Shown here in pieces: positions 24,201-39,200 of a stretch of DNA of 64,000 nt. The notes beneath the pieces are model-generated. The model ran no database searches. It was given only the letters and a program-made list of their open reading frames with translations, and was not told where the DNA came from. Source of the DNA: Camelus ferus (taxonomy: Eukaryota); assembly GCF_009834535.1 (NCBI RefSeq), contig NC_045697.1:120282001-120346000 (forward strand), in the 5' to 3' direction. The position numbers and the translations under genes were made by a program. The stretch's first letter is position 1, and every line of letters starts with the position of its first letter.

Positions 24201-27200
24201 TTCGAACACTCAGTATATCAGAACATATCTTTCTGTGTGTGATGGAGTAGGAAAACACACTCCAGGCATTTTTCTGAGGATCCAGGTTTTCCCAGGTTGG
24301 GGGAGGTCGGCTAGATTCCTTCAGTGCCCATGGGTTGGCACTGACTTCTTCTTCGTTTTCAAGCCCAACTCCCAGCTTTCCCTTGCAGCCCGGACAAGTG
24401 AAACACCCATGGATGACAAATAAGTGATTCTGTCAGAACCTCGGCGTTGAAGTATGTTGGAGTACCCTCCAAAGCTTTAGGATTCTGGAACACGTATTTG
24501 AGTGTGGGGTGTTGTGGAACCCCAATACACGCAGATGAACGGGGTCACAGATTTGCCCTGTTAGGGAGAAGTCCGCTAATTACCTCCAATTTGCATCTTG
24601 GGGCACTCGCTGCTTCTTAGATTTTCAGTCTATCCCCCAGTATTCACTCGCAGCCCGGCCTTGTAAAACACTCAGTGATAATAAGCTAGGTTTCTACTGG
24701 AACTCAGGTGCTGCAGACAATTGTAGGAACCTCCCCACACTCAGAATAACAGAAGAATACTTTGAGTGTCTGATTTAGATGGGTAAACTAAATCCACGCA
24801 TGTTTCAGGTTGTAAAGCGTTCCTAGGATGTGGGAGGTCGGATATTTACATCCACTGTCCATGGGGAGTCCCTTGCAGTTGCTTGGATTCCAGCCCAACC
24901 CCCAGCGTTCCCTCGCATCCCGGCCTGTGAAAACACTCAGGGAAAATAAGCTACAGTTTCTATAAGAACTAAGGCGCTCCTGACAGTTGTACAAACCTCC
25001 CTATACTAAGGAAAACAGAACACAGATTTGTGTGTGTGATGGAGTAGGAAAACACTGTAAGGCATGTCTCTGGGGTGCAGGAGTTCGCAGGATGGGAAAT
25101 GTGGGCTAATTACCTCCACTTCCCATGGGGAAGCACTCTCATCTTCTATGATAACCAGCTTTAATCCTAGCATTCCCTTGCAGACCGACCGTGGAAAACA
25201 CCCAAGGATGACAAACTAAATCATTCTATCAGAACCGGGGCGCTGCTGTATGTTGGAGGAACCTCCAAACATTCAGGATTCTGGAACACGGATTTTCTTT
25301 GTGCGAATTGTGAAGCCCCAAAGCACACTCATTGCTGGGGCCTAAGATTTTCCCTTTTAAGTCCAAGTCTCCTAAGTTCCTCCATAGTCCATCTCGAGGC
25401 ACTCGGTGCTACTTTGAATTCCAGCCGAACCCCCATGTTTCCTTTGCAGATCTTCCTGGGGTAACACAGAGCGAAAAGAAGCTATTGGTGCTTTTCGAAC
25501 CCAGGCCCTGCTGAAAATTGTGGAAAATTTCGAACACTCATGATAACAGAACATATCTTTCTGTGTGTGATGGAGTAGGAAAACACACTCCAGTCATTTT
25601 TCTGGGGATCCAGGTTTTCCCAGGTTTGGAGAAGGTGGCTAGTTTCCTTCAGTGCCCATGGGTTTGCTCTGACTACTTCTTCATTTTCAAGCCCAACTCC
25701 CAGGTTTCCCTTGCAGCCCGGACAATGAAACACCCATGTATGAAAAATAAGTGATTCTATCAGAACCCCGGTGTTGCTGTCTGTTGGAGGATCCTCCAAA
25801 ACTTCAGGATTCTGGAACACGTCTTTGAGTGTGGGGAGTTGTGGAACCCCAATCCACGAAGATGGATGGGATCACAGATTTGTCCCTGTTAGGGAGAAGT
25901 CCGCTAATTACCTCCACAGTGCATCTTGGGGCACCCGCTTCTTCTTAGATTTTCAGTCTATCCCCCAGTTTTCACTCGCAACCCGGCCTTGTAAAACACT
26001 CAGTGATAATAAGCAAGGTTTCTATTGGAACCCAGGTGCTGCAGACAATTGTAGGAATCTCCCCACACTCAGAATAAAAGAACAATACTTCGAGTGCCTG
26101 ATTTAGATGGGTAAACTAAATCCACGCATGTTTCATTTTGTATAGGCGTTCCTAGGTTGTGGGAGGTCGGATATTTACATCCACTGTCCATGGGGAGTCC
26201 CTTGCAGTTGCTTGGATTCCAGCCCAACCCCCAGCGTTCCCTCGCATCCACGCCTCTGAAAACACTCAGGGAAAGTAAGCTACAGTTTCTATTAGAACTA
26301 AGGCGCTCCTGACAGTTGTAGAAACCTCCCTAAACTAAGGAAAACAGAACACAGCTTTGTGTGTGTAATGAAGTAGGAAAATACAATAAGGCATATCTCT
26401 GAGGTGCAGGTGTTCGCAGGATGGGAAATGTTTGCTAATTAACTCCACTGCCCATGGGGAAGCACTCTCTTCTTCTTCGATATCCAGCCCTATTCCTAGC
26501 ATTTCCTTGCAGCCCGACCATTGAAAACACCCAGGGATGACAAACTAAATCATTCTATCAGAACCAGGGTGCTGCTGTATGTTGGAGGAACCACCAAACT
26601 CTCAGGATTCCAGAACACGGATTTGCTTGTTGCGAATTGTGAAGCCCCACAGCACACTCATTGCTGGGGCCCAAGATTTTCCCTTTTAGGGCCAAGTCCG
26701 CTAATTAACTCAATACTCCATCTCGGGGCACTCGCTGCTACTTGGATTTCCAGCCCAAACCCTAGCTTTCCCTGGCATACCGGAGTGGGAAAACACACAG
26801 GGAATATATGTTATTGGTTATAATGGAACCCTGTCTCTACCTAATTTTGTAGGAACCTTCCCACAACTAGGATAAAATAAGAAACATTTGTGTGTCTGAT
26901 GGAGATGTGTAAACAAACTCCAAGCATGTATCAGGGGGCTTAGGTGTTCCAAGGCTGTGGGACGTCGGAAAATTATCTCAAATTCTCATGGGGATTAACT
27001 CGCTACTGCTACGAATTACAGCCAAGCCCACAGATTTACCTCGCAGCCAGGCCTGTGAAAACACTCACGGAAAACTAAATTCTGGTGCTTCTAGAACCCA
27101 GGCGCTGCTGAAACTTGTAGAATCCTCCTCACACTCAGGATAGCAGAACAAATTTTTGTGTGTGTGATGGTGTAAGAAAATACACTCCAGGCATGTTTCT

Positions 27201-28213
27201 GGTGTTACAGATGTTCCCAGGTTTCGAGATGTCGCCTAATTACCTCCACTTCCAATGGGGAGTCACCCTATACTTCTTCGGTTTCCAGAGCAACTCCCAA
27301 ATATCCCTTGCAGCCTGGCCTAAGAAAACACCTAGTGATGACAATATTAACGAATCTATCAGATCACTCGCTCTGCTGCCTGTTGGATGTACAACGCACA
27401 CTCAAAATTCCGGAAAATGTCTTTGCTTGGTGGAGGTATGGAGACCAACACCACAAGATGCCTGGGGGCACAGTTTCTCTCTGTTTGGGAGAAGTCCGCT
27501 AATTACCTCTACAGTCAATCTCAGGGCAATCCTTGCTACCTGACTTTCCATCCGAACCCCCATTTAGCCTCGCAGCCGGCCCTGGAAAACACTCAGAGTT
27601 TATATGCTAGAGGTTCCATTGGAACCCAAGCACTGCAGATCGTTATAGGAAGTTCTGCACTCACAGGATAACAGAACACTTATTTTGTGTATGATTGAGA
27701 TGTCTAAATGTCCACGCATGTTTCAGGGGGTACAAGTTTTCCTAGGTGTGGGGAGGTCAGATTATTCCCATTAATGCCCATGTGGAGGTAATCGCTCCTG
27801 CTTGGATTTCCATCCCATCCTCCAGTTTCCCTTGCAACCCAGTCAGAGAAAACAGTCAGGAAATTAAGCTAAAGTTTCTATTAGAACCGAGAAGCTGCTG
27901 ACAGTTGTAGAAAGTTCCCCCTACAGAGGGTAACAGAGCAATTCTTTGTGTGTGTGATTGAGTAGGAAAACACACTCCATGCATGTTTCTGGGGTACAGT
28001 TGTAACCAGGCTGTGAGACGTTGGCTAAGTATCTCCACAGCCCATGGGGAGGCATTCTGTTTTTCTTCGTTTTCCAGCCCTACTCCCAGCTTTCCCTTGA
28101 GCCAGTGTTAGGAAAACACCCAGGGATGACAAACTAAGTGATTCTATCAGAACACAGGCGCTGCTGTCTGTTGCAGGAACCTCCACACACACAGGATTAA
28201 CAAACACGTCTTT

Positions 28214-31200
28214 GCTTGGGGGAATTGTGAAGCCCCACTACACATATATGGCTGATTGCACAAGTTTTTCCCTGTTAGTTAGAAGTCCGCTAATTACCTT
28301 AACAGACCATCGTGGGGCACTCGCTGCTACTTGGATTTCCATCCAAACCCCCAGGATACCCTTGCAGCCCGGCCTGGTGTAACACACAGGGGAAGAATCT
28401 ACAGGTGCTATTAGAACACAGTCGCTGCTGACAATTGTGGAAAACTTCGAACACTCATGATAACAGAGCACATCTTTCTGTGTGAGATGGAGAAGTAAAT
28501 GAACACTCCAGGCATTTTCTTGGGGATCCAATTTTTCCCAGGTTGGGAGATGTCAGCTAGATTCCTTCACTGCCCATGGGGATGCATTGACTTCTTCTTC
28601 ATTTTCAAGCCCAACTCCCCACATTCCCTTGCATCCCGGTCTAGGATTATACCCAGGGATGACAGTCTAAGTGATTTTTTCAGAGCTACGATGCTGCTGT
28701 ATTATTTAGGAACTTCCAGAATCTTAAGATTCTGTATCACGGCTATGCTTGGGGGTAGCTTTGGAGACAAAAACCACAGAGATGGCATGGGGCACAGGTT
28801 ATTCCCTGTTAGGGAGATGTCCGCTAATTACCTCCACAGTCCATCTCGGGTCACTTGCTGCTAAATGGCATTCCAGCGCAAGCGCAGCATTCCCTCGAAG
28901 GCCGGCCTGAGAAACAATCAGGGATAATAAGCCAGTGGTTCTATTGGAACCCAGGTGCTGCAGAACATTGTAGGATACTCCCCGCACCCAGGAAAAGAGA
29001 ACACTTCGTTGTGTGTCTCATGAAGTTTGGTAAAAAACTCCACGCATGTTTCAGGGGTTAAGGTGTTCCTAGTTAGTGGGAATTCGTGAAATTCCCTCCA
29101 ATGCCCATGGGGAGGCATTCGCTCCTGCTTGGATTTCCAGCCCAACCGCCAGCTTTCCCTCTTCAGCCCGGCCTGGGAAAGCACTCAGGGATAAAATGCT
29201 ATTGGTTGTATAGGAACCAAGCCGCAAACTACCGTTGTAGGCTCCTTCCCACATCTGGGATAACAGAAGAAATCTTTGTGTCTGATGGAGATGGGTAAAC
29301 AAAATCCACGCATGTTTCAGAGGGCACAGATGTTCCAAGGCTGTGGGACGTCTGAAAATTTCCTCAAATTCTCATGGGGAGTATGTCACTGCTGCTACGA
29401 ATTACACCCAAACCCACAGCTTTACATCGCATCTAGGCGTGTGAAAACATTCATGGAAAAGAAAAGACTGGTGCTATTAGAACCCAGGGGCTGCTTATAT
29501 TTGTAGAATCCTCCCCAAATTCAGGATAGCAGAACACATCTCTGTGTGTGTGATGGTGTAGAAAAATACACTCCAGGCATATTTCTGGGGGTACAGCTGT
29601 TCCCAGGATTGGAGATGTCGCCTAATTACCTCCACTGCCAATGGGGAGGCAATGTATACTTCTTCGCCTTGCAAACCATCTCTCAAATTTCCCTTACAGC
29701 CCGGCCTAAGAAAACACCTAGTGATGACAATATTAGTGACTCCAAGAGAATCCCATCCCTGCTGCCTGTTGGAGGTACAAAACAAACTCAAAATTCCGGA
29801 ACATGTCTTTGCTTGGTGGAGGTGTGGAGACAAACACCACAAGATTCCTGGGGGCACAGTTTCTCTCAGTGTAGGAGAAGTCCGCTAATTAGCTCTACAG
29901 TCAAACTCTGGGCACTCGTTGCTACTTGGCTTTCCTGCCGAAACCCCAGGTTTCCCTCACAGCCCGCCCTTGAAAACACTCAGAGATAATAAGTTAATGG
30001 TTCTATTATAACACAAGCACTGCAGACTGTTGTAGGAACCTCCGAACACGCAGGATAACAGAAAAATATTTTAGTGTCTCATTGAGATGGTAAAAGCTCC
30101 ACGCATGATTCAGGGTGTACGGGTGTTCCTTGGTTGTGGGAGTTCAGATACATTCCACTACAGCCCATGGGGAAGTACTCACTCCTGCTTGGCTTTCCAG
30201 CCCATCCCCCAGGTTCCTATGAAACCCAGCATGAGAAAACAATCAGGAAATGTAGCTAAATTTCTGTCAGAACACCGGTGCTGCAGTCAGTTATAGGAAC
30301 ATCCACACACACAGGATTCCCAAACACGGCTTTGCTTGGAAGAGTTTTGAAGCCCCAATCAACACACATGGCTGGGGGTACAATTTTTCCCTGTTAGGGA
30401 GAAGTCCGCTAATTGGCTCTAAAGTCAATCTCCGGCACCAGCTGCTACTTGGAATTCCAGCCCAACCCCCATGTTTCCCTTGCAGCCTGGCCTGTGCTAA
30501 CACAGAGGGAAAAGAAGCTATTGGTTCTATACGTACCCAAGCCCTGCTGACAATTGTGGAAATCTTCGAACACTCAGCATAACAGAACTTATCTTTCTGT
30601 GAGTGATGGAGTAGGAAAACACACTCCAGGCATTTTTTTTGGGATCCAAGTTTTCCCAGGTTGGGAGATGTCGGCGAGATTCCTTAAGTGCCATGGGGTG
30701 GCACAGTCTTCTTCTTCATTTTCAAGCCCAACTCCCAGCTTTCCCTTGCAGCCCGGACAAGTGAAACACCCATGGAAGACAAATAAGTAATTCTATCAGA
30801 ACCCCCATCGTTGCTGTCTGTTGGAGGAAGCTCCAAACCTTCAGGATTCTGGAACACGTTTTTGAGTGTGGGGAGTTGTGGAACCCCAATCCACGCAGAA
30901 GGATGGTGTCACAGATAAGTCCCTCTTAGGGAGAAGTCTGCTAATTACCTCCATAGTGCATCTTGGGGCACTCGATGCTTCTTAGATTTTCAGTCTATCC
31001 CCCAGTTTTCACTCGCATCCCGGACTTGTAAAACACTAACTGATAATAAGCTAGGGTTCTATTGGAACTCAGGTGCTGCACACAATTGTAGGAACCTCCC
31101 CAATTTCAGAATAACAGAACAATACTTTGAGTGACTGATTTAGATGGGTAAACTTAATCCACGCATGTTTCAGGTTGTATAGGCGTTCCTAGGCTGTGGG

Positions 31201-33245
31201 AGGTCGGATATTTACATCCACTGTCCATGGGGAGTCCCTTGAATTTGCATGGATTCCAGCACAACCCCCAGCGTTTCCTCACATCCCGGCCTGTTTAAAC
31301 ACTCAGGGAAAAAAAGCTACAGTTTCTATAAGAACTAAGGTGTTCCTGACAATTGTAGAGACCTCCCTACACTAAGGAAAACAGAACACAGCATTGTGTG
31401 TGTGATGGAGTAGGAAAAAACTGTAAGGCATGTCTCTGGGGTGCAGGTGTTTGCAGGATGGGAAATGTTGGGTAATTAACTCCACTGCCCATGGGGAATC
31501 ACTCTCTTCTTCTTGGATATCCAGCCCTAATCCTAGCATTCCCTTGTAGCCCGACCGTGGAAAACACCCAGGGATGACAAACTAAATCATTCTATCAGAA
31601 CCAGGGCGCTGCTTTATGTTGGAGGAACCTCCAAACACTCAGGATTCCCGAACACGGAATAGCTTGATGCGAATTGTGAAGCCCCAGAGCACACTCATTG
31701 CTGTGGCCCAAGGTTTTCCCTTTTAGGGCCAAGTCCGTTAATTACCTCCATAATCCATCTCGGGGCACTCGCTGATACTTGGATTTCCAGCCCAAACGCA
31801 AGCTTTCCCTCGCAGCCCGGCCTGGGAAAACACACAGGGATAATATGTTATTGGTTGTCATGGAACCCAGTCTCTACCTACCGTTGTAGGAACCTTCCCA
31901 CAATGAGGATAAAAGAAAAAATATTTGTGTGTCTGATGGAGATGGGTAAACAAACTCCAAGCATGTATCAGGGGGCTTAGGTGTTCCAAGGCTGTGGGAC
32001 GTCGGAAAATTACCTCAAATTCTCATGGGGAGTAACTCGCTGCTGCTACGAATTATAGCCAAGCCCACAGATTTACCTCGCAGCCAGGCCTTAGTAAACA
32101 CTCACGGAAAACAAAATACTGGTGCTTCTAGAACCCAGGCGCTGCTGAAAGTTGTAGAATCCTCCCCACACTCAGGATAGCAGAACAAATTTTTGTGTGT
32201 GTGATGGTGTGGGAAAATACACTCCAGGCATATTTCAGGGGTACAGCTGTTCCCAGGTTTGGAGATGTCGCCTAATTACCTCCACTTCCAATGGGGAGGC
32301 ACTCTATACTTCTTCGCTTTCCAGACCAACTCCCACCTTTCCTTTGAAGCCCGGCCAAAAAAATCCTAGGGATGACAATATTAGTGATTCTATCAGAACA
32401 CCCGCTCTGCTGAATGTTGAAGGTACAACACACACTCAAAATTCAGGAACATGGCTTTGCATGGTGGAGGTGTGGAGACAAACACCAGAAGATGCCTAGG
32501 TGCACAGTTTTCCTCTGTCTGGGAGAAGCCCACTAATTACCTCTACAGTCAAATTCTGGGCAATCCTTGCTAATTGGCTTATCAGGCGAACCCCTGTTTC
32601 CCTCGCTTCCCACCTGGAAAACACTCAGAGATTATAAGCTAGTGGTTCTATTGGAACCCAGGCAGTGCAGACAGTTGTAGGAAGCTCCGCACACGAAGGA
32701 TAACAGAACACTTTTTTGTGTATGATTGAGATGCAAAAAACACCACGCATGTTTCAGGGGGTACAGGTTTTCCTAGGTTAGGGGAGGTCAGATTATTCCC
32801 ATTAATGCCCATGTGGAGGTAATCGCTCCTGCTTGGATTTCCATCCCATCCCCCAGTTTCCCTTGCAACCCAGCCACAGAAAACAGTTAGGAAATTTAGC
32901 TAAAGTTTCTATTAGAACCCAGGCGCTGCTCAAAGTTGTAGAAACCTCCCCATACACATGGAAACATAACACTTCTTTGTGTGTGTGATGTAGTAGGAAA
33001 ACACACTCCATGCATGTATTTGGGGTGAAAGTGTAACCAGGTTGTGAGACGTTGGCTAAGTATCTCAAAAGCCCTTGGGGAGGCACTCTGTTTTTCTTCG
33101 GTTTCCAGCCCTACTCCAAGCTTTCCCTTGAATCCCGGGTTAGGAAAACACCCAGGGATGACAAACTAAATGATTGTATCAGAACCCGGGCGCTGCAGTC
33201 TGTTGCAGGAACCTCCACACACACAGGATTAACAAACACGTCTTT
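28214..33245. repeat. 19-monomer HOR unit (~5.03 kb), copy 1
   Basis: Monomer order E3 F2 L M N A2 B2 C2 E1 F G H I J K A B C D. The E3 start (GCTTG(G/T)GGGAATTGTGAA) is at 28214 and next at 33246. Confidence 0.85.
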
Positions 33246-36200
33246 GCTTGTGGGAATTGTGAATCCACATTCCACACACAAGGCTGAGGGAACAAGTATT
33301 TCACTGTTAAGTAGAAGTTCGTTAATTACCTCTACAGAACATCGTGGGGCATTCGCTGCTACTTGGATTTCCATCCCAACACCCAGGTTTGCCTTGCAGC
33401 CCGTCCTGGGGAAACACACAGGGAAAAGAATTTACATGTGCTATTAGAACACATGCGCTGCTGACAATTGTGGAAACCTTCGAACACTCAGGATAACATA
33501 ACACATCTTTTTGTGTTGGATGGAGTAGGAAAACACACACCAGGCATTTTTCTGGGGATCCAGGTTTTCCCAGGTTGGGAGATGTCGGCTGGATTCCTTC
33601 AATTCACATGGGGTGGCACTGTCTTCTTCTTCATTTTCAAGCCCAACTTCCAGCTTTCCCTTGCAGCCCGGACAAGTGAAACACCCATGGATGACAAATA
33701 AGTGATTCAATCAGAACCCAGGCGTTGCTGTCTGTTGGAGGAACCTCCAAACATTCAGGATTCTAGAACTCGTCTTTGAGTGTCGTGAGTGGTGTAACCC
33801 GAATACACGCAGATGAATGGGGTCACAGATATGTCCCTGTTAGGGAGAAGTCCGCTAATTATCTCCACAGTGCATCTTGGGGCACTCGCTGCTTCTTAGA
33901 TTTGCAGTCTATCCCCCAGTTTTCACTCGCAGCCCGGCCTTGTAATACGCTCAGTTATAATAAGCTAGGTTTCTATTGGAACCCAGGTGCTGCAGACAAT
34001 TGTAGGAACCTCCCCACACTCAGAATAACAGAACAATTCTTTGAGTGTCTGATTTAAATGGGTAAACTAAATCCACGCATGTTTCAGGTTGTATAGGCGT
34101 TCCTAGGTTGTGGGAGTTCGGATATTTACATCCACTGTCCATGGGGAGTCCATTGCATTTCTTGGATTCCAGCCCAACCCCCAGCGTTCTCTCGCATCCC
34201 GGCCTGTGAAAACACTCAGGGAAAAAAGCTACAATTTCTATAAGAACTAAGGCGCTACTGAGAGTTGTACAAACCTCCCTACACTAAGGAAAACAGAACA
34301 CAGATTTGTGTGTGTGATGGAGTAGGAAAACACAGTAAGACATGTCTCTGGGGTGCAGGTGTCCGCAGGATGGGAAATGTTGGGTAATTATCTCCAATGC
34401 CCATGGGGAAGCACTCTCTTCTACTTTGATATCCAGCACTAATCGTAGCATTCCCTTGCATCCCGAACGTGGAAAACACCCAGGGATGACAAACTAAATT
34501 ATCCTATCAGAACCAGGGCGCTGCTGTATGTTGGAGTAACCTCCAAACACTCAGGATTAACAAACAAGTCGTTGCTTGGGGAAATGGGAAGCCCCACTCC
34601 ACACACATGGCTGAGGGGACAAGTTTTTCCCTGTTAGGTAGAAGTCCGCTAATTACCTCTTCAGACCATCGTGGGGCACTCGCTGCTACTTGGATATCCA
34701 TCCCAACCCCCAGGATTCCCTTGCAGCCTCTCCTGGGGAAACACACAGGGAAAAGTATCTACTGTTTCTATTAGAACACATGCGCTGCTGAAAATTGTGG
34801 AAAACTTCGAACACTCATGATAACAGAGCACATCTTTCTGTGTGTGATGGAGTGGAAAAAAACACTCCAGGCATTTTCCTGGGGATCCAGTTTTTCCCAG
34901 GTTTGGAGATGTCGGCTAGAATCCTTCACTGCCCATAGGGATTCATTGAATTCTTCTTCGTATTCAAGCCCAACTCCCAACTTTCCCTTGCATCCCGGTC
35001 TTGGATTATACCCAGGGATGACATTCTAAGTGATTTTATCTGAGCTAAAATGCTGCTGTCATTTTTAGGAACTTCCAGACCCTTAGGATTCTGGATCACG
35101 TCTATGCTTGGGGGTAGCTTTGGAGACCCAAACCACAGAGATAGCTGGGGGCACAAGTTTTTCTCTGTTAGGGGGATGTCCGCTAATTACCTCCACAGTC
35201 CATCTCGGGTCACTCGCTGCAACATGGCTTTCCAGCGCAAGCACAGCATTCCCTCGCAGGCCAGCCTGGGAAAACAATCAGGGATAATAATCCAGTGGTT
35301 CTATTGGTACCCAGGTGCGGCAGAACATTGTAGGATACTCCCCAAACCCAGGAAAAGAGAACACTTCATTGTGTGTCTCATGCAGTTTGGTAAACAAACT
35401 CCACGCTTGTTTTAGGGGGTTAAGTTGTTCCTAGTTTGTGGGAGTTCGGATAATTCCCTCCAATGCCCATGGGGAGGCACTCGCTCCTGCTTGGCTTTCC
35501 AGACCAACCCTCAGCATTCCCTCTCAGCACGGCCTGGGAAAACACTCAGGGATAATATGCTATAGGTTTTATTGGAACCCATTTGCTTCCTATCGTTGTA
35601 GGCTACTTCCCACATCTCGGATAACAGAAGAAATCGTTGTGTGTCGGATGGAGATGGGTAAACAAACTCCACGCATGTTTCAGGAGGCACAGGTGTTCCA
35701 AGGCTGTTGGACGTCGGAAAATTACCTCTAATTCTCATGGGGAGTATCTCACTGCTGCTACCAATTACATCCATACCCACAGCTTTACCTCACAGCAAGG
35801 CGTGTGTAAACACTCACGGAAAGGAAAATACTGGTGCTATTAGAACCCGGGTGCTGCTGATATTTATAGAATCCTCCCCACACTCAAGATAGCAGAACAA
35901 ATATTTGTGTGTGTGATGGTGTAGAAAAATAAACTCCAGGCATTTTTCTGGGGGTACAGCTCTTCCCATGTTTGGAGATGTCGCCTAATTAAGTCCACTG
36001 CCAATGCGGAGGCAATTTATACTTCTTCGCTTTGCAGACCATCTCCCAAATTTCCCTTACAGCCCGGCCTAAGAAAACACTTAGGAATGACAATATTAGT
36101 GATTCTATCAGAAACCCGGCGCTGCTGTCTTTGGAGGTACAACACAGACTCAAAATTCCGGAGCAAGAATTGGCTTGGGGTAGGTGTGGAGCCCCACACC

Positions 36201-39200
36201 ACACAGAAGATTGGGGTCCTAGATTTTCCTTGTTTATGAGAAGTCAGCTAATTACCTCTATAGTCAATCTCTGGGCACTCGTTGCTACTTGGCTTTCCAG
36301 CAGAACTCCCATGTTTCCCCCGCAGTGCGCCCTGGAAAACATTCAGAGATTATAAGTTAAATTTTCTATTGGAACACAAACACTGCAGACCGTTGTAGGA
36401 ACCTCGGCACACGCAGGATAACAGAAAATTTTTTTGTGTCTCATTGAGATGGTAAAATCTACACGCATGTTTCATGGTGTACTGGTTTTCCAAGGTTGTG
36501 GGAAGTCAGATACATACCACTACAGCCCATGGGGAAGTAATCAATCCTCCTTGGATTTCTAGCCCATCCCCCAGTTTCCTATGCAAACCAGCCTGAGAAA
36601 ACAATCAGGAAATGTAGCTAAAGATTCTATCAGAACCCCGGTGCTGCAGTCTGTTGTAGGAACTTCCACACACACAGGATTCCCAAACACGGCTTTGCTT
36701 GGAAGAGATTTGAAGCCACAAGCCTGGGGGCAAAAGTTTTTCCCTATTAGGGAGAAGTCCGCTAATTAGCTCTACAGTCCATCTCGGGCACCCTCTGCTA
36801 CTTGGAATTCCAGCCCAACCCCATGTTTTCTTGCAGCCCGGCCTGAGTTAACACAGAGGGAAAAGAAGCTATTGGTGCTATTGGATCCCATGCCCTGCTG
36901 ACAATTGTGGAAAACTTCGAACACTCAGGATAACAGAACATAACTTTCTGTGTGTGATGGAGTAGGAATACACACTCCAGGCATTTTTCTGGGGATCCAG
37001 GTTTTCCCAGGTTGGGAGATGTCGGCTAGATTCCTTCAGTGCCCATGTGGTGGCACTGCATTCTTTTTCGTTTTCAAGCCCAACTCCCAGCTTTCCCTTG
37101 CAGCCCGCAAAATGAAACACCCATGGATGACAAATAAGTGATTCTATCAGAACCCCGGCGTTGCTGTATGTTGGAGGAACCTCAAAACACTCAGGATTAA
37201 CAAACACGTCTTTGCTTGGGGGAATTGTGAAGCCCCACTCCACACACATGGCTGAGGGCACAAGTTTTTCCCTGTTAGGTAGAAGTCCGATAATTTCCTC
37301 TACAGAAAATCGTGGGGCAATTGCTGCTACTTGGATATCCATCCCAACGCCCAGGATTTACTTGCAGCCCGGCCTGGCGTAACACACAGGGAAAATAATC
37401 TACTGGTGCTATTAGAACAAATGCGCTGCTGAATATTGTGGAAAACTTCGAACACTCATGATAACAGAGCACATCTTTCTGTGTGATGGAGTAGGGAAAC
37501 ACACTCCAGGCATTTTTCTGGGGATCCAGTTTGTCCCAGATTGGGACATGTCGGCTAGATTCCTTCAGTGCCCATGGTGTGGCACTTTATTCTTCCTCGT
37601 ATTCAAGCCCAACTCCCAGGTTTCCCTTGCAGCCCGGACAAGTGAAACACCCATGAATGACAAATAAGTGATAGTATAATAACCCCGGCATTGCTGTCTT
37701 TTGGAGGAACCTCCAAATCTTCAGGATTCTGAAATACGTCTTTAAGTGTGGGGAGTTGTGGAACGCCAATCCACGCAGATGGATTGGGTCACAGATATGT
37801 CCCTGTTAGGGAGAAGTCCGCTAATTACCTCCACAGTGCATCTTGGGGCACTCGCTGCTTCTTAGATCTTCAGTCTTTCCCCCAGTTTTCACTCGCAGCC
37901 CGGCCTTGTAAAACACTCAGTGATAATAAGCTAGGATTCTATTTTAACCCAGGTGCTGCAGACAATTGTAGGAACCTCCCCACACTCAGAATAAAAGAAC
38001 AATACTTTGAGTGTCTGATTTAGATGGGTAAACTAAATCCACGCATGTTTCAGGTTGTATAGGCGTTCCTAGGCTGTGGGAAGTCGGATATTTACATCCA
38101 ATGTCCATGGGGAGTCCCTTGCAGTTGCTTCCATTCCAGCCCAACCCCCAGCGTTCCCTTGCATCCCTGCCTCTGAAAACAATCAGGGAAAAGAAGCTAC
38201 AGTTTCTATAATAACTAAGGCGATCCTGACAGTTGTAGATACCTCCCTACATTAAGGAAAACAGAACACAGCTTTGTGTGTGTGATGGAGTAGCAAAACA
38301 CAGTAAGGCATGTCTCTGTGGTTCATGTGTTCGCAGGATGGGAAATGTTGGCTAATTACCTCCACTGCCCATGAGGGAGCAAACTCTTCTTCTTCGATAT
38401 CCAGCACTAATCCTAGCATTCCCTTGCAGCCCGACCGTGGATAACACCCAGGGATGACAAACTAAGGCATTCTATCAGAACCAGGGCGCTGCTGTAGGTT
38501 GGATGAACCTCCAAACCCTCAGGATTAACAAACACTTCTTTGCTTGCGGGAATTGTGAATCCCCACTCCACACACATGGCTGAGGGCACAAGTTTTTCCC
38601 TGTTAGGTAGAAGTCCGCTAATTACCTCTACAGAACATCGTAGGGCACTCGCTGCTACTTGGATTTTCATCCCAGCCCCCAGGATTCCCTTGCAGCCCAA
38701 CCTGCGGAAACAAACAGGGAAAAGAATCTACTGGTGCTATTTGAACATATGCGCTGCTGACAATTTTGGAAAACTTAGAACAATCATGATAACAGAGCAC
38801 ATCTTCCTGTGTGTGATGGAGTAGTAAAACACACTCCAGGCATTTTCCTGGGGATCCAGTTTTTCCCAGGTTTGGAGATGTCGGCTAGATTCCTTCACTG
38901 CCCATGGGGATTCATTGACTTCTTCTTCGTATTCAAGCCCAACCCCCAACTTTCCCTTGCATCCCGGTCTTGGATTATACCCAGGGATGACAGTCTAAGT
39001 GATTTTATCAGAGATACGAAGCTGCTGTCATTTTTAGGAACTTTCAGAAACTTAGGAATCTGGATCACGGCTATGTTTGGTTTTATCATTGGAGACCCAC
39101 ACCACAGAGATGACTGGGGGCACAGGTTTTTCCCTGTTAGCGAGATGTCCTCTAATTACCTCCACAGTCCATCTCGGGTCACTCGCTGCTACATGGATAT

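Noticed and set aside
32200..32640. Cluster of 1-2 bp deletions in A and B monomers (similar ones at ~20990-21650)
   Set aside because: They lie mostly in homopolymer runs and cannot be distinguished from sequencing or consensus error without reads.
36710..36730. ~11-bp deletion in an E1 monomer (TGAAGCCACAAGCC)
   Set aside because: It is a small slippage-type loss in the CA-rich tract, found in a single copy with no structural consequence.
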